A stretch of 64,000 bases of DNA. It comes from Bacteroidota bacterium (GTDB lineage Bacteria; Bacteroidota; Bacteroidia; JAIBAJ01). The notes under the pieces were generated by a model. The model did no database searches and was not told where the DNA came from. It was given only the letters and a program-made list of their open reading frames with translations. A program made the translations under genes and the position numbers. Location: NCBI GenBank assembly GCA_947475205.1, contig CANJNG010000002.1, positions 8,526 to 72,525 on the forward strand. The letters run 5' to 3'. Shown in pieces: positions 29,090 to 38,699 of this stretch. Position 1 is the stretch's first letter, and each line of letters opens with the position of its first letter.

Positions 29090-29449
29090 TTATTTTGGTG
29101 AATTCTGGGCTAGTTGGTCGAGGTAGTTGCGGAGTTCGTTTATGGTTTCGAGGGGTAGGCTTTTGAGGGTGGTGCCGAGGGGTGCTGATGTGTTTTTGTG
29201 GTTTAGTTTGTGAATGGGATGGGTAGAGGGAATGGTTGAATCTTTGGGTGGGGCAAAGGAAATGAGGTCGTTTGGGGTGCAGTTGAGGATGATGCATAGT
29301 TTTTCGAGGTTTCGATAACTAATGCCTTCTAGGGTGTTGTTTACGAGGCGGTGGGTGGTGTGGATGGTGAAGCCGTTTTTGCGAAGGAATTGATGTGGAT
29401 TATCAATACCACGCAGGTTGCAGACGTTTTTGATGTTAAGGTAGAGCAT
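29090..29449 (-). CDS. Xre/Cro-like (HTH_26) transcriptional regulator
   Basis: LRKNGF...HRLVNN....ISYRNLEKLCIILNCTPNDL. Confidence 0.85.
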   Translation of the reverse strand: MLYLNIKNVCNLRGIDNPHQFLRKNGFTIHTTHRLVNNTLEGISYRNLEKLCIILNCTPNDLISFAPPKDSTIPSTHPIHKLNHKNTSAPLGTTLKSLPLETINELRNYLDQLAQNSPK

Positions 29450-29485
29450 GAGGATGGTAAGTATTATGGATTAGTGTTGCGAAAT

Positions 29486-29735
29486 TAGAAAAAATTATTT
29501 AATTATCAGTAATAGCTATATGTGAGTTAGAAAATTATATTTGAGAAATAGAAATAAGGATATGAGAAGTAGAATATAGTATTAATGAATTAGAAACTAG
29601 GATGTGATACTGAGAAAGAAGTATTTGATATTTAGTAAATATGATTCGATACTGAGAAAAAGTATCGTTAAAAGTAGAAATGAAGATTTAAATACTAGAA
29701 AATAGTATTGAATAATCGGAAAATCATAATTGTTG
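29486..29735. repeat. degenerate 21-bp-period array (~12 units, mostly starting TAGAA/GAGAA)
   Basis: Units begin at 29486, 29507, 29528, 29549, 29570, 29591, 29612, 29633, 29654, 29675, 29696, 29717 with no indels. Confidence 0.8.
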
Positions 29736-29784
29736 TGGGACTAAAGGAAAGCTGGGACTAAAAAGACTTCAGCTTGTGGAGTTT

Positions 29785-29945
29785 AGCTGCCGCCGGAGGG
29801 GTATTTCAGCAACCGTTAGTTTGAAATGCTGCCCTTTCGGCCTAGCCCTAATAGGAGTGGAAAGCCCGAAGTGGGTTTGGCTTGTGGGCCTGGCGGACTT
29901 GGAACGGATAGCGGGACCCAAACGTTGGCTTGAAATGCTAACGTT
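29785..29945. repeat. GC-rich structured intergenic element (REP-like or ncRNA candidate)
   Basis: Core-motif copy 29785-29800, hairpins ~29801-29829 and 29921-29945, central GCCCTAATAGGAGTGGAAAGCCC...GGACTTGGAACGGATAGCGGGA. Confidence 0.5.
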
Positions 29946-29979
29946 TCTGCTCCAAAATAAAAAAGAAATTCGGGTTGGT

Positions 29980-31632
29980 TTATTTCACTTCTAACCTGAA
30001 TTTCCTCGCTGTATCTTTCGCAATATCGTAACCTGCATCGGCGTGGCGGATTACGCCCATTGCGGGGTCGTTATGCAGTACACGTTTGAGGCGGCGGGCA
30101 GCATCATCGGTACCATCGGCCACTATCACCATTCCGGCATGAATAGAATATCCTATTCCAACCCCGCCACCGTGGTGCAACGATACCCAGCTTGCTCCTC
30201 CGGCGGTGTTAATTAAAGCATTTAACACAGGCCAGTCGGCAATGGCATCGGAGCCATCCATCATGGCTTCGGTTTCACGGTTTGGTGATGCTACGGAACC
30301 GGTGTCTAAATGGTCGCGGCCAATAACAAGGGGTGCTTTTACTTTTCCGGTTCTTACTAATTCGTTGAAGGCTAATCCGGCTTTTTCGCGTTCGCCCATT
30401 CCAAGCCAGCATATACGGGCCGGAAGACCTTGAAATGCAATACGCTCTTGAGCCATGGTTATCCAGCGGCGTAAGCCCTCGTTTTCGGGGAAAAGCTCGA
30501 GGATGAGTTTATCGGTTTCGTAAATATCCTGTGGGTCGCCGCTTAGAGCCGCCCAACGGAAAGGTCCTTTTCCTTCACAAAACAGCGGACGGATATAGGC
30601 GGGAACAAAGCCGGGGAAATCGAAGGCGTTTTTAACTCCGTTGGCGAATGCCTGGCCACGAAGGTTGTTGCCATAATCGAAGGTAATAGCCCCGCGTTTT
30701 TGGATTTCCAACATCAACTCTATATGCTTGCACATACTTTGCAAACTCAAGGAAATATACTGATCCGGGTTAGCCTCACGAAGTGCCTTCCCTTCCGAAA
30801 CGGTTAATCCCTGAGGTAAATACCCCACTAATTCATCGTGGGCCGAAGTTTGGTCGGTAAGTACATCGGGGGTTATGTTTCGGTCAATCATCCGCTGCAA
30901 TAGGTCGATGGCATTGCAAAGTACCCCTATACTGAGGTTTTTGCCTTCCTTTTTGTAGAGTAAAGCCTTATCAATGGCTTCATCAATGTTGTAAGAAATT
31001 TCATCGAGGTAACGAGTTTCCAATCGCTTTTGAATCCGCCATTCTTCCACTTCGGCAGCTAGGCAAACTCCTTCATTCATCGTTACCGCTAAAGGTTGAG
31101 CTCCACCCATTCCGCCCAAACCTGCCGTAACGGTGAGCGTCCCTTTCAGGCTTCCGTTGTAGTGTTTTCGAGCTAATTCGCCAAAGGTTTCATATGTTCC
31201 CTGCACAATACCCTGCGACCCGATGTAAATCCAGGAACCGGCAGTCATTTGGCCATACATGGTTAAACCCTTTTTCTCCAATTCGCGAAACTTCTCCCAA
31301 GTGGCCCAATGTGGAACCAACATAGAATTAGAAATTAATACTCGTGGAGCATCTTTATGAGTAGGTAAAATCCCAACCGGTTTGCCGCTTTGAATTAGCA
31401 AAGTCTCATCCTCGTTAAGTTCCTTTAGCGATTTAACGATGAGATGAAACGCTTCGTGATTGCGAGCTGCTTTGCCTGTGCCACCATACACAATCAAATC
31501 TTCGGGTCGCTCGGCCACATCAGGGTCGAGATTGTTATGAAGCATACGCAGTGCGGCTTCTTGCGTCCAGCCTTTACAGTTTAAAGTTGTCCCGGTGGGA
31601 GTTGGCGGTATTTTGGTGGCAGTTGTGGACAT
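29980..31632 (-). CDS. hutU: urocanate hydratase
   Basis: [47 protein letters not shown]. Confidence 0.98.
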   Translation of the reverse strand: MSTTATKIPPTPTGTTLNCKGWTQEAALRMLHNNLDPDVAERPEDLIVYGGTGKAARNHEAFHLIVKSLKELNEDETLLIQSGKPVGILPTHKDAPRVLISNSMLVPHWATWEKFRELEKKGLTMYGQMTAGSWIYIGSQGIVQGTYETFGELARKHYNGSLKGTLTVTAGLGGMGGAQPLAVTMNEGVCLAAEVEEWRIQKRLETRYLDEISYNIDEAIDKALLYKKEGKNLSIGVLCNAIDLLQRMIDRNITPDVLTDQTSAHDELVGYLPQGLTVSEGKALREANPDQYISLSLQSMCKHIELMLEIQKRGAITFDYGNNLRGQAFANGVKNAFDFPGFVPAYIRPLFCEGKGPFRWAALSGDPQDIYETDKLILELFPENEGLRRWITMAQERIAFQGLPARICWLGMGEREKAGLAFNELVRTGKVKAPLVIGRDHLDTGSVASPNRETEAMMDGSDAIADWPVLNALINTAGGASWVSLHHGGGVGIGYSIHAGMVIVADGTDDAARRLKRVLHNDPAMGVIRHADAGYDIAKDTARKFRLEVK

Positions 31633-31812
31633 ATAAATCGCTTAAAATTGAATTGGCAATATTATAGCAAATGTATTTTCGATGTGAGGGTGGGATAAAA
31701 TAGCAAATTCCTCTTTTATTAAAGGTAACTTAACCGAATACAGTATAGAGATTGAAACCTTTTACCACATCATAGCTGTATAAGTCCCCACTTTCTTTTT
31801 GAGATAGCCATT

Positions 31813-33096
31813 ATGACTTATACCCCACAACTCGGAAACCAGCTTCATAAAATCATACTCAACAAAAATTTAGATGGCATTTTTGTGTTTAACCAAAACT
31901 GTGAAATACAGGTTTGGAACGAAGCTATGGAGCAAGTTTCAGGGTTGAAAGCTGAGTATGTAATTAATAAAAACCTATTTGAAGTATGTGCTTTTATGAA
32001 GCAAATCGACGAATTCGCTTTCATCTCAAAAGCACTTCAGGGAGCAGAATCACTATCGAAAAACAGACCCTTTCTTTTTCCGGCCTCTAATACACAAGGT
32101 TATTTTGAAGGAAATTATTTTCCAGCAATAAACGAAGCGGGAGAAACTACCGAGGTAATTTGTTTCTTCAAAGACACTACCGAAACCAGCCAGTTTGACG
32201 AAAATCTTATCACCCTTACGGAAAAACTTCGAGATAAATTAAATGAACGTACCGACCAACTCCTGAAAGCTAATATGGAACTTCGGGAAGAGGTGAAACG
32301 CCGCAAACACTTTGGCTATGAAGCTCTGCTGAAAAATATCGAACTGACCGATAGCATTGTGTATGCTAAAGAAATTCAACAGGCCATTTTGCCACCTATC
32401 CGCAATATGCAAAATGCTTTTGAGGATATGTTTGTGTTCTTCAAACCGCGGGACATTGTAAGTGGCGATTTTTACTGGTTCGAAAAGCGGGACAATTATG
32501 CCTACATGGCTGCTGTAGATTGCACCGGACATGGAGTTCCCGGAGCTTTAATAAGTATCTTAGGTTTCAATGCACTGAATCAGGCCGTAAACGAACATCA
32601 TCTCACCCATCCCGGTGACATTTTAGAATATCTCAACACTTCAGTTTCCAACGTGTTTCAAGCTACAAAGGGTGCAGTGCGTGATGGAATGGATATTTCT
32701 CTGGTTCGCTACGATATTTCCTCCCGGACACTGGAGTTTGCAGGAGCTTACAATCCGCTATTTATTGTTAAGAATAATGGTGATTTGCAAAAAATTAGAG
32801 GCGACCGCTACCCCATAGGCCCAATGAATGATTTGGAAAGCAAAACTTTTACTAACCATAAAATAAAACTCGAACGTGGCGATTGTTTCTATATCTTCTC
32901 TGACGGTTACGCCGACCAATTTGGTGGACCGCAGGGTAAAAAGATGAAATATTCGATATTTCGCAAACTGCTTACCGAAAACTACAGACGCCCAATGGAA
33001 GAACAGGGTGAAATAGTGGAGAAAACTATTCGCTACTGGCAAGGGGACCTCGAACAAGTGGACGATATGCTACTTATTGGTGTTAGGATTGAGTAG
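31813..33096 (+). CDS. PAS domain plus SpoIIE/PP2C phosphatase
   Basis: WNEAMEQVSG PAS; KPRDIVSGDFYW, DCTGHGVPGA, SDGYADQFGG, QVDDMLLIG. Confidence 0.92.
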   Translation: MTYTPQLGNQLHKIILNKNLDGIFVFNQNCEIQVWNEAMEQVSGLKAEYVINKNLFEVCAFMKQIDEFAFISKALQGAESLSKNRPFLFPASNTQGYFEGNYFPAINEAGETTEVICFFKDTTETSQFDENLITLTEKLRDKLNERTDQLLKANMELREEVKRRKHFGYEALLKNIELTDSIVYAKEIQQAILPPIRNMQNAFEDMFVFFKPRDIVSGDFYWFEKRDNYAYMAAVDCTGHGVPGALISILGFNALNQAVNEHHLTHPGDILEYLNTSVSNVFQATKGAVRDGMDISLVRYDISSRTLEFAGAYNPLFIVKNNGDLQKIRGDRYPIGPMNDLESKTFTNHKIKLERGDCFYIFSDGYADQFGGPQGKKMKYSIFRKLLTENYRRPMEEQGEIVEKTIRYWQGDLEQVDDMLLIGVRIE

Positions 33097-33147
33097 TGTT
33101 CAGAGTATTTGGCAGGAATTAAATTGTAAGTACTTTTGAGGGTTGCA

Positions 33148-33180
33148 AAATCGTAAATCCCAAATCTAAAATCGTAAATT
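33148..33180. repeat. heptamer tandem repeat (AAATCGT-type)
   Basis: AAATCGT AAATCCC AAATCTA AAATCGT AAATT before GTG 33184. Confidence 0.65.
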
Positions 33181-33183
33181 CTT

Positions 33184-33897
33184 GTGGCTGAAAAAGTAAA
33201 TCTCGAAAACATTCTTTTTCTTGATATTGAAACAGTGCCATTAGAAAAAAACTTTGCCGATACCGATGAAACTACCCAATTATTGTGGGAAAAGAAATCA
33301 ACTCAATTTAGAAAAGAAGGTCAAACGGCAGCGGAGGTTTATCAACGTGCCGGAATTTATGCCGAGTTTGGCCGGGTATTGGTCATTTCCTGTGGATTTT
33401 TTTACTATTCCAAAGACAGAGGCGGCGTTTTCAGAGTGAAATCGTTTTATGGTGATGACGAAAAAGTTGTGCTAAAGGAATTCTGTGAAACTCTTTCTAA
33501 GCTAAACAACTTTATTCTTTGTGCTCACAATGGCAAAGAGTTCGACTTCCCTTTTTTAGCTCGACGCATATTAATCAATAGGCAAAAGTTGCCGCCACAA
33601 CTTAACATTGCTGGGAAAAAACCTTGGGAAATCCCACATCTGGACACTATGGAAATGTGGAAGTTTGGCGATTATAAAAACTTCACTTCATTAGCAGTTC
33701 TGTCTTATGTTTTTGGTTTGCCATCTTCTAAAGATGATATTGACGGAAGCCAGGTGGCTGATATTTATTACCAAACCGGCGATATAAAACGAATAACCAA
33801 ATATTGCGAAAAAGATATGATTGCTGTTGCCCGTATCTTTCAATGTATGCGTGGCGAAAACCCTTTAAAGGATGATGATTTAGAGTTTACTGAGTGA
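33184..33897 (+). CDS. PolB-like 3'-5' exonuclease
   Basis: FLDIET, AHNGKEFDFP, YCEKD (DEDDy). Confidence 0.9.
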   Translation: MAEKVNLENILFLDIETVPLEKNFADTDETTQLLWEKKSTQFRKEGQTAAEVYQRAGIYAEFGRVLVISCGFFYYSKDRGGVFRVKSFYGDDEKVVLKEFCETLSKLNNFILCAHNGKEFDFPFLARRILINRQKLPPQLNIAGKKPWEIPHLDTMEMWKFGDYKNFTSLAVLSYVFGLPSSKDDIDGSQVADIYYQTGDIKRITKYCEKDMIAVARIFQCMRGENPLKDDDLEFTE

Positions 33898-33987
33898 GCT
33901 GTAAAACTGTAGTTTTGCATTAACACCTTTTTTGACCACGATTTCCAGAATAGCTTTCTAAATTTGCGGCCATCCGAAAATTAATTT

Positions 33988-35265
33988 ATGAAAATTGTTA
34001 CAAATATCTGCCGCTCATTAGTTGGCTTTTTATTCATTTTCTCAGGCTTAATTAAAGCAAACGACCCCTTGGGGTTTTCCTACAAACTGGGCGAGTATTT
34101 CGAGAAGTTTCAAACGGAGTTTTCTTTTGCTGCTCCTGTTTTTGAGTTAATGCACGAATTTGCTTTGCCTCTCGCCATGTTTTTGGTAGTGCTTGAAATT
34201 GTGTTGGGCGTGGCTGTAATTACAGGCTATATGATGAAACTCACCACTTGGTTATTGCTTCTGCTTATCTTGTTCTTTACCGGCTTAACCTTTGTTTCAG
34301 CACAGTTTCATTGGGTTACATCGTGCGGATGTTTTGGCGATGCAATTCCGCTTACACCTTGGGAATCGTTTACAAAGGATGTGGTACTGTTAGTTCTTAC
34401 GCTTGTTATTTTCTCGCAGAAAAATAAAATTGAGGCTAATGAAATTGATACTCCTCAGTATGTATTCTTTATCGCCTGTTTAGCCTTTCTCACTTGGCTT
34501 TCCACTATTTTAGAATGGAGTGCTCCAGTGATTTATCCGGCTATTTTGACCTTGATTTATGTGCTAAGCAACAAATTCATTAAAGAGAAATCGGCAATGA
34601 TTACCACGGCTTTATCGTTACTCACCTCAGTTTTATTTACCTACCACGCTTACGCACATTTGCCCTTTAAAGATTTCAGAGCTTATGCAGTTGGTAAGAA
34701 TATTCCCGAGCAGACACAGGGCGTTCCAGACCAATTGAAATATTTCTATCGTTTGAAAGATAAGAAAACTGGGGAGATTAAAGAGTTTGAAAAATTCCCC
34801 GAAAACTATGAAGCTACCTTTGATTATGTGGATTTCAGAACAGAAGTGATGGTAAAAGGCATAGAAGCCAAAATTCATGATTTTGTATTGATGAGTGCCG
34901 ATGGTGCTGAATATACAGGTGATGTGCTTGAAAACCCGGATGTGAGTTTTTTAATAGTGGCTTACGATTTAGATAAAACAAATCAGGATATCCAAGCAAG
35001 CATTAAAACCTTTACAGATGAGGCAACTAAAAAGAATATTATGGTAAAGGGCTTAACCGCCAGCACTAAAGACCAAGTTAAAGCCCTTCAAACCAAATAT
35101 GCCCAAACCTTTGAGTATTACTACTGCGATGGAGTAACGCTCAAGACGATTGTTCGCTCAAATCCCGGCTTGGTAATGCTAAAGAACGGGAATGTACTTG
35201 GGCAATGGCATCACAACGATTTCCCGGGTTTTGAAGAGGCGATGAAGGCTGGGGCGGGGAAATAG
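33988..35265 (+). CDS. DoxX/MauE family membrane protein with C-terminal thioredoxin-like domain (BT_3928-like)
   Basis: FIFSGLIKANDPLGF, SCGCFGDAI, LKTIVRSNPG. Confidence 0.82.
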   Translation: MKIVTNICRSLVGFLFIFSGLIKANDPLGFSYKLGEYFEKFQTEFSFAAPVFELMHEFALPLAMFLVVLEIVLGVAVITGYMMKLTTWLLLLLILFFTGLTFVSAQFHWVTSCGCFGDAIPLTPWESFTKDVVLLVLTLVIFSQKNKIEANEIDTPQYVFFIACLAFLTWLSTILEWSAPVIYPAILTLIYVLSNKFIKEKSAMITTALSLLTSVLFTYHAYAHLPFKDFRAYAVGKNIPEQTQGVPDQLKYFYRLKDKKTGEIKEFEKFPENYEATFDYVDFRTEVMVKGIEAKIHDFVLMSADGAEYTGDVLENPDVSFLIVAYDLDKTNQDIQASIKTFTDEATKKNIMVKGLTASTKDQVKALQTKYAQTFEYYYCDGVTLKTIVRSNPGLVMLKNGNVLGQWHHNDFPGFEEAMKAGAGK

Positions 35266-35304
35266 AGTTGTGAATTGAAGGTTGTAGGCAATTTTATCTA
35301 AACT

Positions 35305-36840
35305 TCAATTCATTAACTTCCAACACTCCCCTACTCTACTCTTTGCTTCATTGGCTCCAAGTAACAGTATTAAATCTGGGACACCAGGCCCAGACAATTC
35401 TCCAACTATGCTTATTCGAAGGAATTTCATGAACTCGCCAATTTTTAAATTTTGGGCAGTGGCTACTTCTTTCAAAGATGCTTCAAGGTTTGCAGCATCG
35501 GTTATGTCTCTTCCAATCACATCCAGAATAGCATTAATGGCTTCCTCCGTAATTGTTTTGGAAATTTTAGCTAGATTCTCGGCAGTGTAATTCGGTGACA
35601 CAAAAAAGAAACTTCCTTTTGTAGCTATTTCGCTAACGAATGTTACCCTGTCTTTCATCATCCGGCATACCTCAACTACAAACTCATCTTTAAATTCTTT
35701 ATCGTTAAAGGTTTTAAGAAGAATAGGTTTAAGCAATTCGGCTAATTCTGCATCAGGTTTTTCTTTCAAATATTGCTCATTAAACCACTTCGCTTTTTCG
35801 GGATTAAACTTTGCACCTGCTTTATGAACGTGTTCAAACGAAAAGTTGGCTATCAGTTCTTCCATCGAGAAAATTTCCTTTTCACCTTCCATATTCCAGC
35901 CCAATAGTGCAAGCATGTTCACCACCGCTTCAGGGAAATAGCCTGTTTCACGATATCCCGATGATATTTCGCCAGATGATGGGTCTTTCCATTCCAACGG
36001 AAACACCGAAAAGCCTAATCTGTCGCCATCGCGTTTGCTTAGTTTGCCATTGCCATCGGGTTTGAGCAGCAAAGGCAAATGAGCATATTGAGGCATTTTA
36101 TCCTCCCAGCCCAAATATCTGTATATCAAAATATGCGACGGGGCTGATGGCAACCATTCTTCTCCTCTAACAGCGTGAGTAATGTCCATCAATACATCGT
36201 CCACAATGTGTGCTAAATGATACGTTGGCATCCCGTCGGATTTCAGCAGCACCTTATCATCAACCACATCTGAATTGAACACTACTTCGCCACGAATTAC
36301 ATCTGTAAAACGTATTTCTTCACCGGCCGGAACCTTTAACCGAACAACAAAGGGTTCGCCATTGGCTATTTTCTGCTTCCATTCTTCTTCGGGAAGGCTC
36401 AAACTATTCTTCATTTCTCCACGGGTAGCATGACTGTATTGTTGAATTGAGGCTTTTGCAATTTCCAATTTCTTTCGCATTGCATCCAACTCTTCGGCAG
36501 TATCGAAAGCGTAATAAGCATTTCCCGAAGCCACCAACTGGTCGGCGTACTTTTGATAAACGCCTAACTCTTTGCGTTCGCTTTGACGGTAGGGGGTATA
36601 TTCTCCGCCAATACCGGGACCTTCGTCAGGATGAATTCCACACCAAGCCAAACTTTTTACAATATACGCTTCAGCACCTTCTACATAACGATTCTGATCG
36701 GTGTCTTCAATTCGGAGAATGAAATCTCCCCCGTGTTTTTTAGCAAATAAATAATTGTACAATGCACTGCGAACCCCGCCAATGTGCAGAGGTCCAGTTG
36801 GGCTGGGGGCAAATCGTAATCTTACTTTTCTGTTTTCCAT
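35305..36840 (-). CDS. gltX: glutamate--tRNA ligase
   Basis: RFAPSPTG..HIGG, RIEDTD, RGEEWL, KLSKR. Confidence 0.97.
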   Translation of the reverse strand: MENRKVRLRFAPSPTGPLHIGGVRSALYNYLFAKKHGGDFILRIEDTDQNRYVEGAEAYIVKSLAWCGIHPDEGPGIGGEYTPYRQSERKELGVYQKYADQLVASGNAYYAFDTAEELDAMRKKLEIAKASIQQYSHATRGEMKNSLSLPEEEWKQKIANGEPFVVRLKVPAGEEIRFTDVIRGEVVFNSDVVDDKVLLKSDGMPTYHLAHIVDDVLMDITHAVRGEEWLPSAPSHILIYRYLGWEDKMPQYAHLPLLLKPDGNGKLSKRDGDRLGFSVFPLEWKDPSSGEISSGYRETGYFPEAVVNMLALLGWNMEGEKEIFSMEELIANFSFEHVHKAGAKFNPEKAKWFNEQYLKEKPDAELAELLKPILLKTFNDKEFKDEFVVEVCRMMKDRVTFVSEIATKGSFFFVSPNYTAENLAKISKTITEEAINAILDVIGRDITDAANLEASLKEVATAQNLKIGEFMKFLRISIVGELSGPGVPDLILLLGANEAKSRVGECWKLMN

Positions 36841-36918
36841 TTTCGGTGCGAAAGTAAGGGATTCGATAATTAGGGATGCCAGCTAAATAACCAATGCATT
36901 TATAGATTAGCCTTAATG

Positions 36919-36992
36919 TGAGCCGAATAATTCCCTTAATCGGCTCAGAATATTATTTACTTTTGAGCCGAATAGAACTTATAATCGGCTCA
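36919..36992. promoter_or_regulatory. two tandem 29-bp palindromic operator-like sites
   Basis: TGAGCCGAAT-N10-ATCGGCTCA at 36919-36947 and 36964-36992; the second ends on the A of the fic ATG. Confidence 0.75.
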
Positions 36993-38095
36993 TGAAATAT
37001 AATTGGCAACAAAAAGACTGGCCTGAATTCGGATATAACCTCAGTGGAATTGAGGACATTCTCTTTGCATTTGCCGAAGAAACCGGGCATATAAGCGGTT
37101 TGTTAAAAGCTTTGCCGGAAGAGAGCCAAGCCGATGCCATTCTCAATATGATGGTGGCCGAGGCGATTAAAACATCAGAAATTGAAGGAGAGTATTTTAG
37201 CCGGGAAGATGTTGTTTCGTCCATTAGAAATAACCTAGGGCTAAACAAACATCCCGATAAGGTAAAGGATAAGAAAGCACAAGGTGCGGGTGAATTGATG
37301 GTTGCAGTTCGCAATAGCTACGCCGATTCCTTAACTGAAAAAACACTTTTCGCATGGCACGAAATGCTTTTAAGGCAAAGTAAAGGAATAAGTCTTGGGA
37401 AATGGAGACAACACGAAGCCCCTATGCAGGTAATATCAGGAGTGATAGGAAAGGAAAAGGTTCATTTTGAAGCCCCTCCTTCCATAAATATTCCGCAGGA
37501 AATGCAACAGTTTATTCGTTGGTTTAACGATACCGCTCCCGGTGGAAAGAAAGAAATCAAAAAAGCTCCTGTTCGTTCAGCAATAGCACATTTATATTTT
37601 GAATCCATACACCCGTTTGAAGATGGAAACGGACGAATAGGGAGGGCTTTAGCAGTAAAGGCATTCTCGCAAACACTTGGGCGGCCTGTAATGTTGAGCC
37701 TGTCGCAAACCATAGAAGCTGATAAAAACGCATATTACTCAGCTTTGGAAACAGCACAGCAAAGCAACAAGATAACAGGGTGGCTTCACTATTTTGTAAA
37801 CGTGGTATTAACCGCACAGATACATGCCAAACAATTAGTGGACTTTACACTTAGGAAAGCAAAATATTTCGACAAGTTTAAAGCAAAACTGAATAATCGC
37901 CAACTAAAAGTAATCAATAGAATGCTTAAAGAAGAGCCAAAAGGATTCCAAGGAGGGATGACCGCTCAAAAATATATTTCCATTACCTCTGCATCGAAAC
38001 CAACTGCTACACGAGATTTGCAAGCCTTAGCTGATATGGGAGCATTAATAGTAGAAGGCGGAGGAAGGAGTACACGATATGTTTTGGGGATTTAG
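36992..38095 (+). CDS. Fic family protein (DUF4172 N-terminus, C-terminal wHTH)
   Basis: YNWQQKDWPEF, inhibitory-type TSEIEG, HPFEDGNGRIGR, SKPTATRDL...GGRSTRY. Confidence 0.93.
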   Translation: MKYNWQQKDWPEFGYNLSGIEDILFAFAEETGHISGLLKALPEESQADAILNMMVAEAIKTSEIEGEYFSREDVVSSIRNNLGLNKHPDKVKDKKAQGAGELMVAVRNSYADSLTEKTLFAWHEMLLRQSKGISLGKWRQHEAPMQVISGVIGKEKVHFEAPPSINIPQEMQQFIRWFNDTAPGGKKEIKKAPVRSAIAHLYFESIHPFEDGNGRIGRALAVKAFSQTLGRPVMLSLSQTIEADKNAYYSALETAQQSNKITGWLHYFVNVVLTAQIHAKQLVDFTLRKAKYFDKFKAKLNNRQLKVINRMLKEEPKGFQGGMTAQKYISITSASKPTATRDLQALADMGALIVEGGGRSTRYVLGI

Positions 38096-38196
38096 ATGTA
38101 ATACTTCTGATTTGACTTCTTTGATATCAGCTTATAAACCCAAAGGTTAAATAATCCTATGGCAGCCTCACTCAAATTAGCCAACTGATTACAAAT

Positions 38197-38670
38197 TTAA
38201 TCGCAAGGATTACTATAAATAGGAGTCATCACTATACCCGATGTCTTCCCCTCATACACAGTTGTGTGGTTGTCTTCAGTCCAACAATAATTATCGCACT
38301 TTCGCAATATCTGGTGTGAAATAATAATTGTGTCTGATTCGAAAGCGGAGTAGCGAAGAATGATTTTGTAATTTTCAAGATCTTCTGAGCCTTTTAAACT
38401 AAATTCCCAGTTTGTATAACTTGCATTGTCGCTACTCTCGTTGCTAAATTTGCTAGACAATAATAACTCTTCTTGATTCGGTTCAAAAAAAAGTTTTGTG
38501 GAATCTCCAGCTAAATAAACTGAGTCTATGGCAATATTGGAATTTTTGGAAAGCCTAATTGTGTAGCATTTATTTGGAGGTCCTGGTTTTCCTAAACCTA
38601 CAGGACGGCATTTGCAACAACCCGATAGATACACACACCATAAGCATAAACAAATGACCGTAATCTTTAT
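38197..38670 (-). CDS. hypothetical lipoprotein-like protein, start uncertain
   Basis: Frame extends upstream of GTG 38634 to IKITVICLCLWCVYLSGC; nearest ATG (38674) is out of frame. Confidence 0.5.
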   Translation of the reverse strand: MKITVICLCLWCVYLSGCCKCRPVGLGKPGPPNKCYTIRLSKNSNIAIDSVYLAGDSTKLFFEPNQEELLLSSKFSNESSDNASYTNWEFSLKGSEDLENYKIILRYSAFESDTIIISHQILRKCDNYCWTEDNHTTVYEGKTSGIVMTPIYSNPCD

Positions 38671-38699
38671 TCATTTATTATTGTAAATTGTCGAAAGTT

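Noticed and set aside
29776-29994. 72-aa ORF
   Set aside because: It overlies the structured repeat element and has no protein-like features.
29980-31632. hutU without other hut genes
   Set aside because: Dispersed hut genes are ordinary in Bacteroidota.
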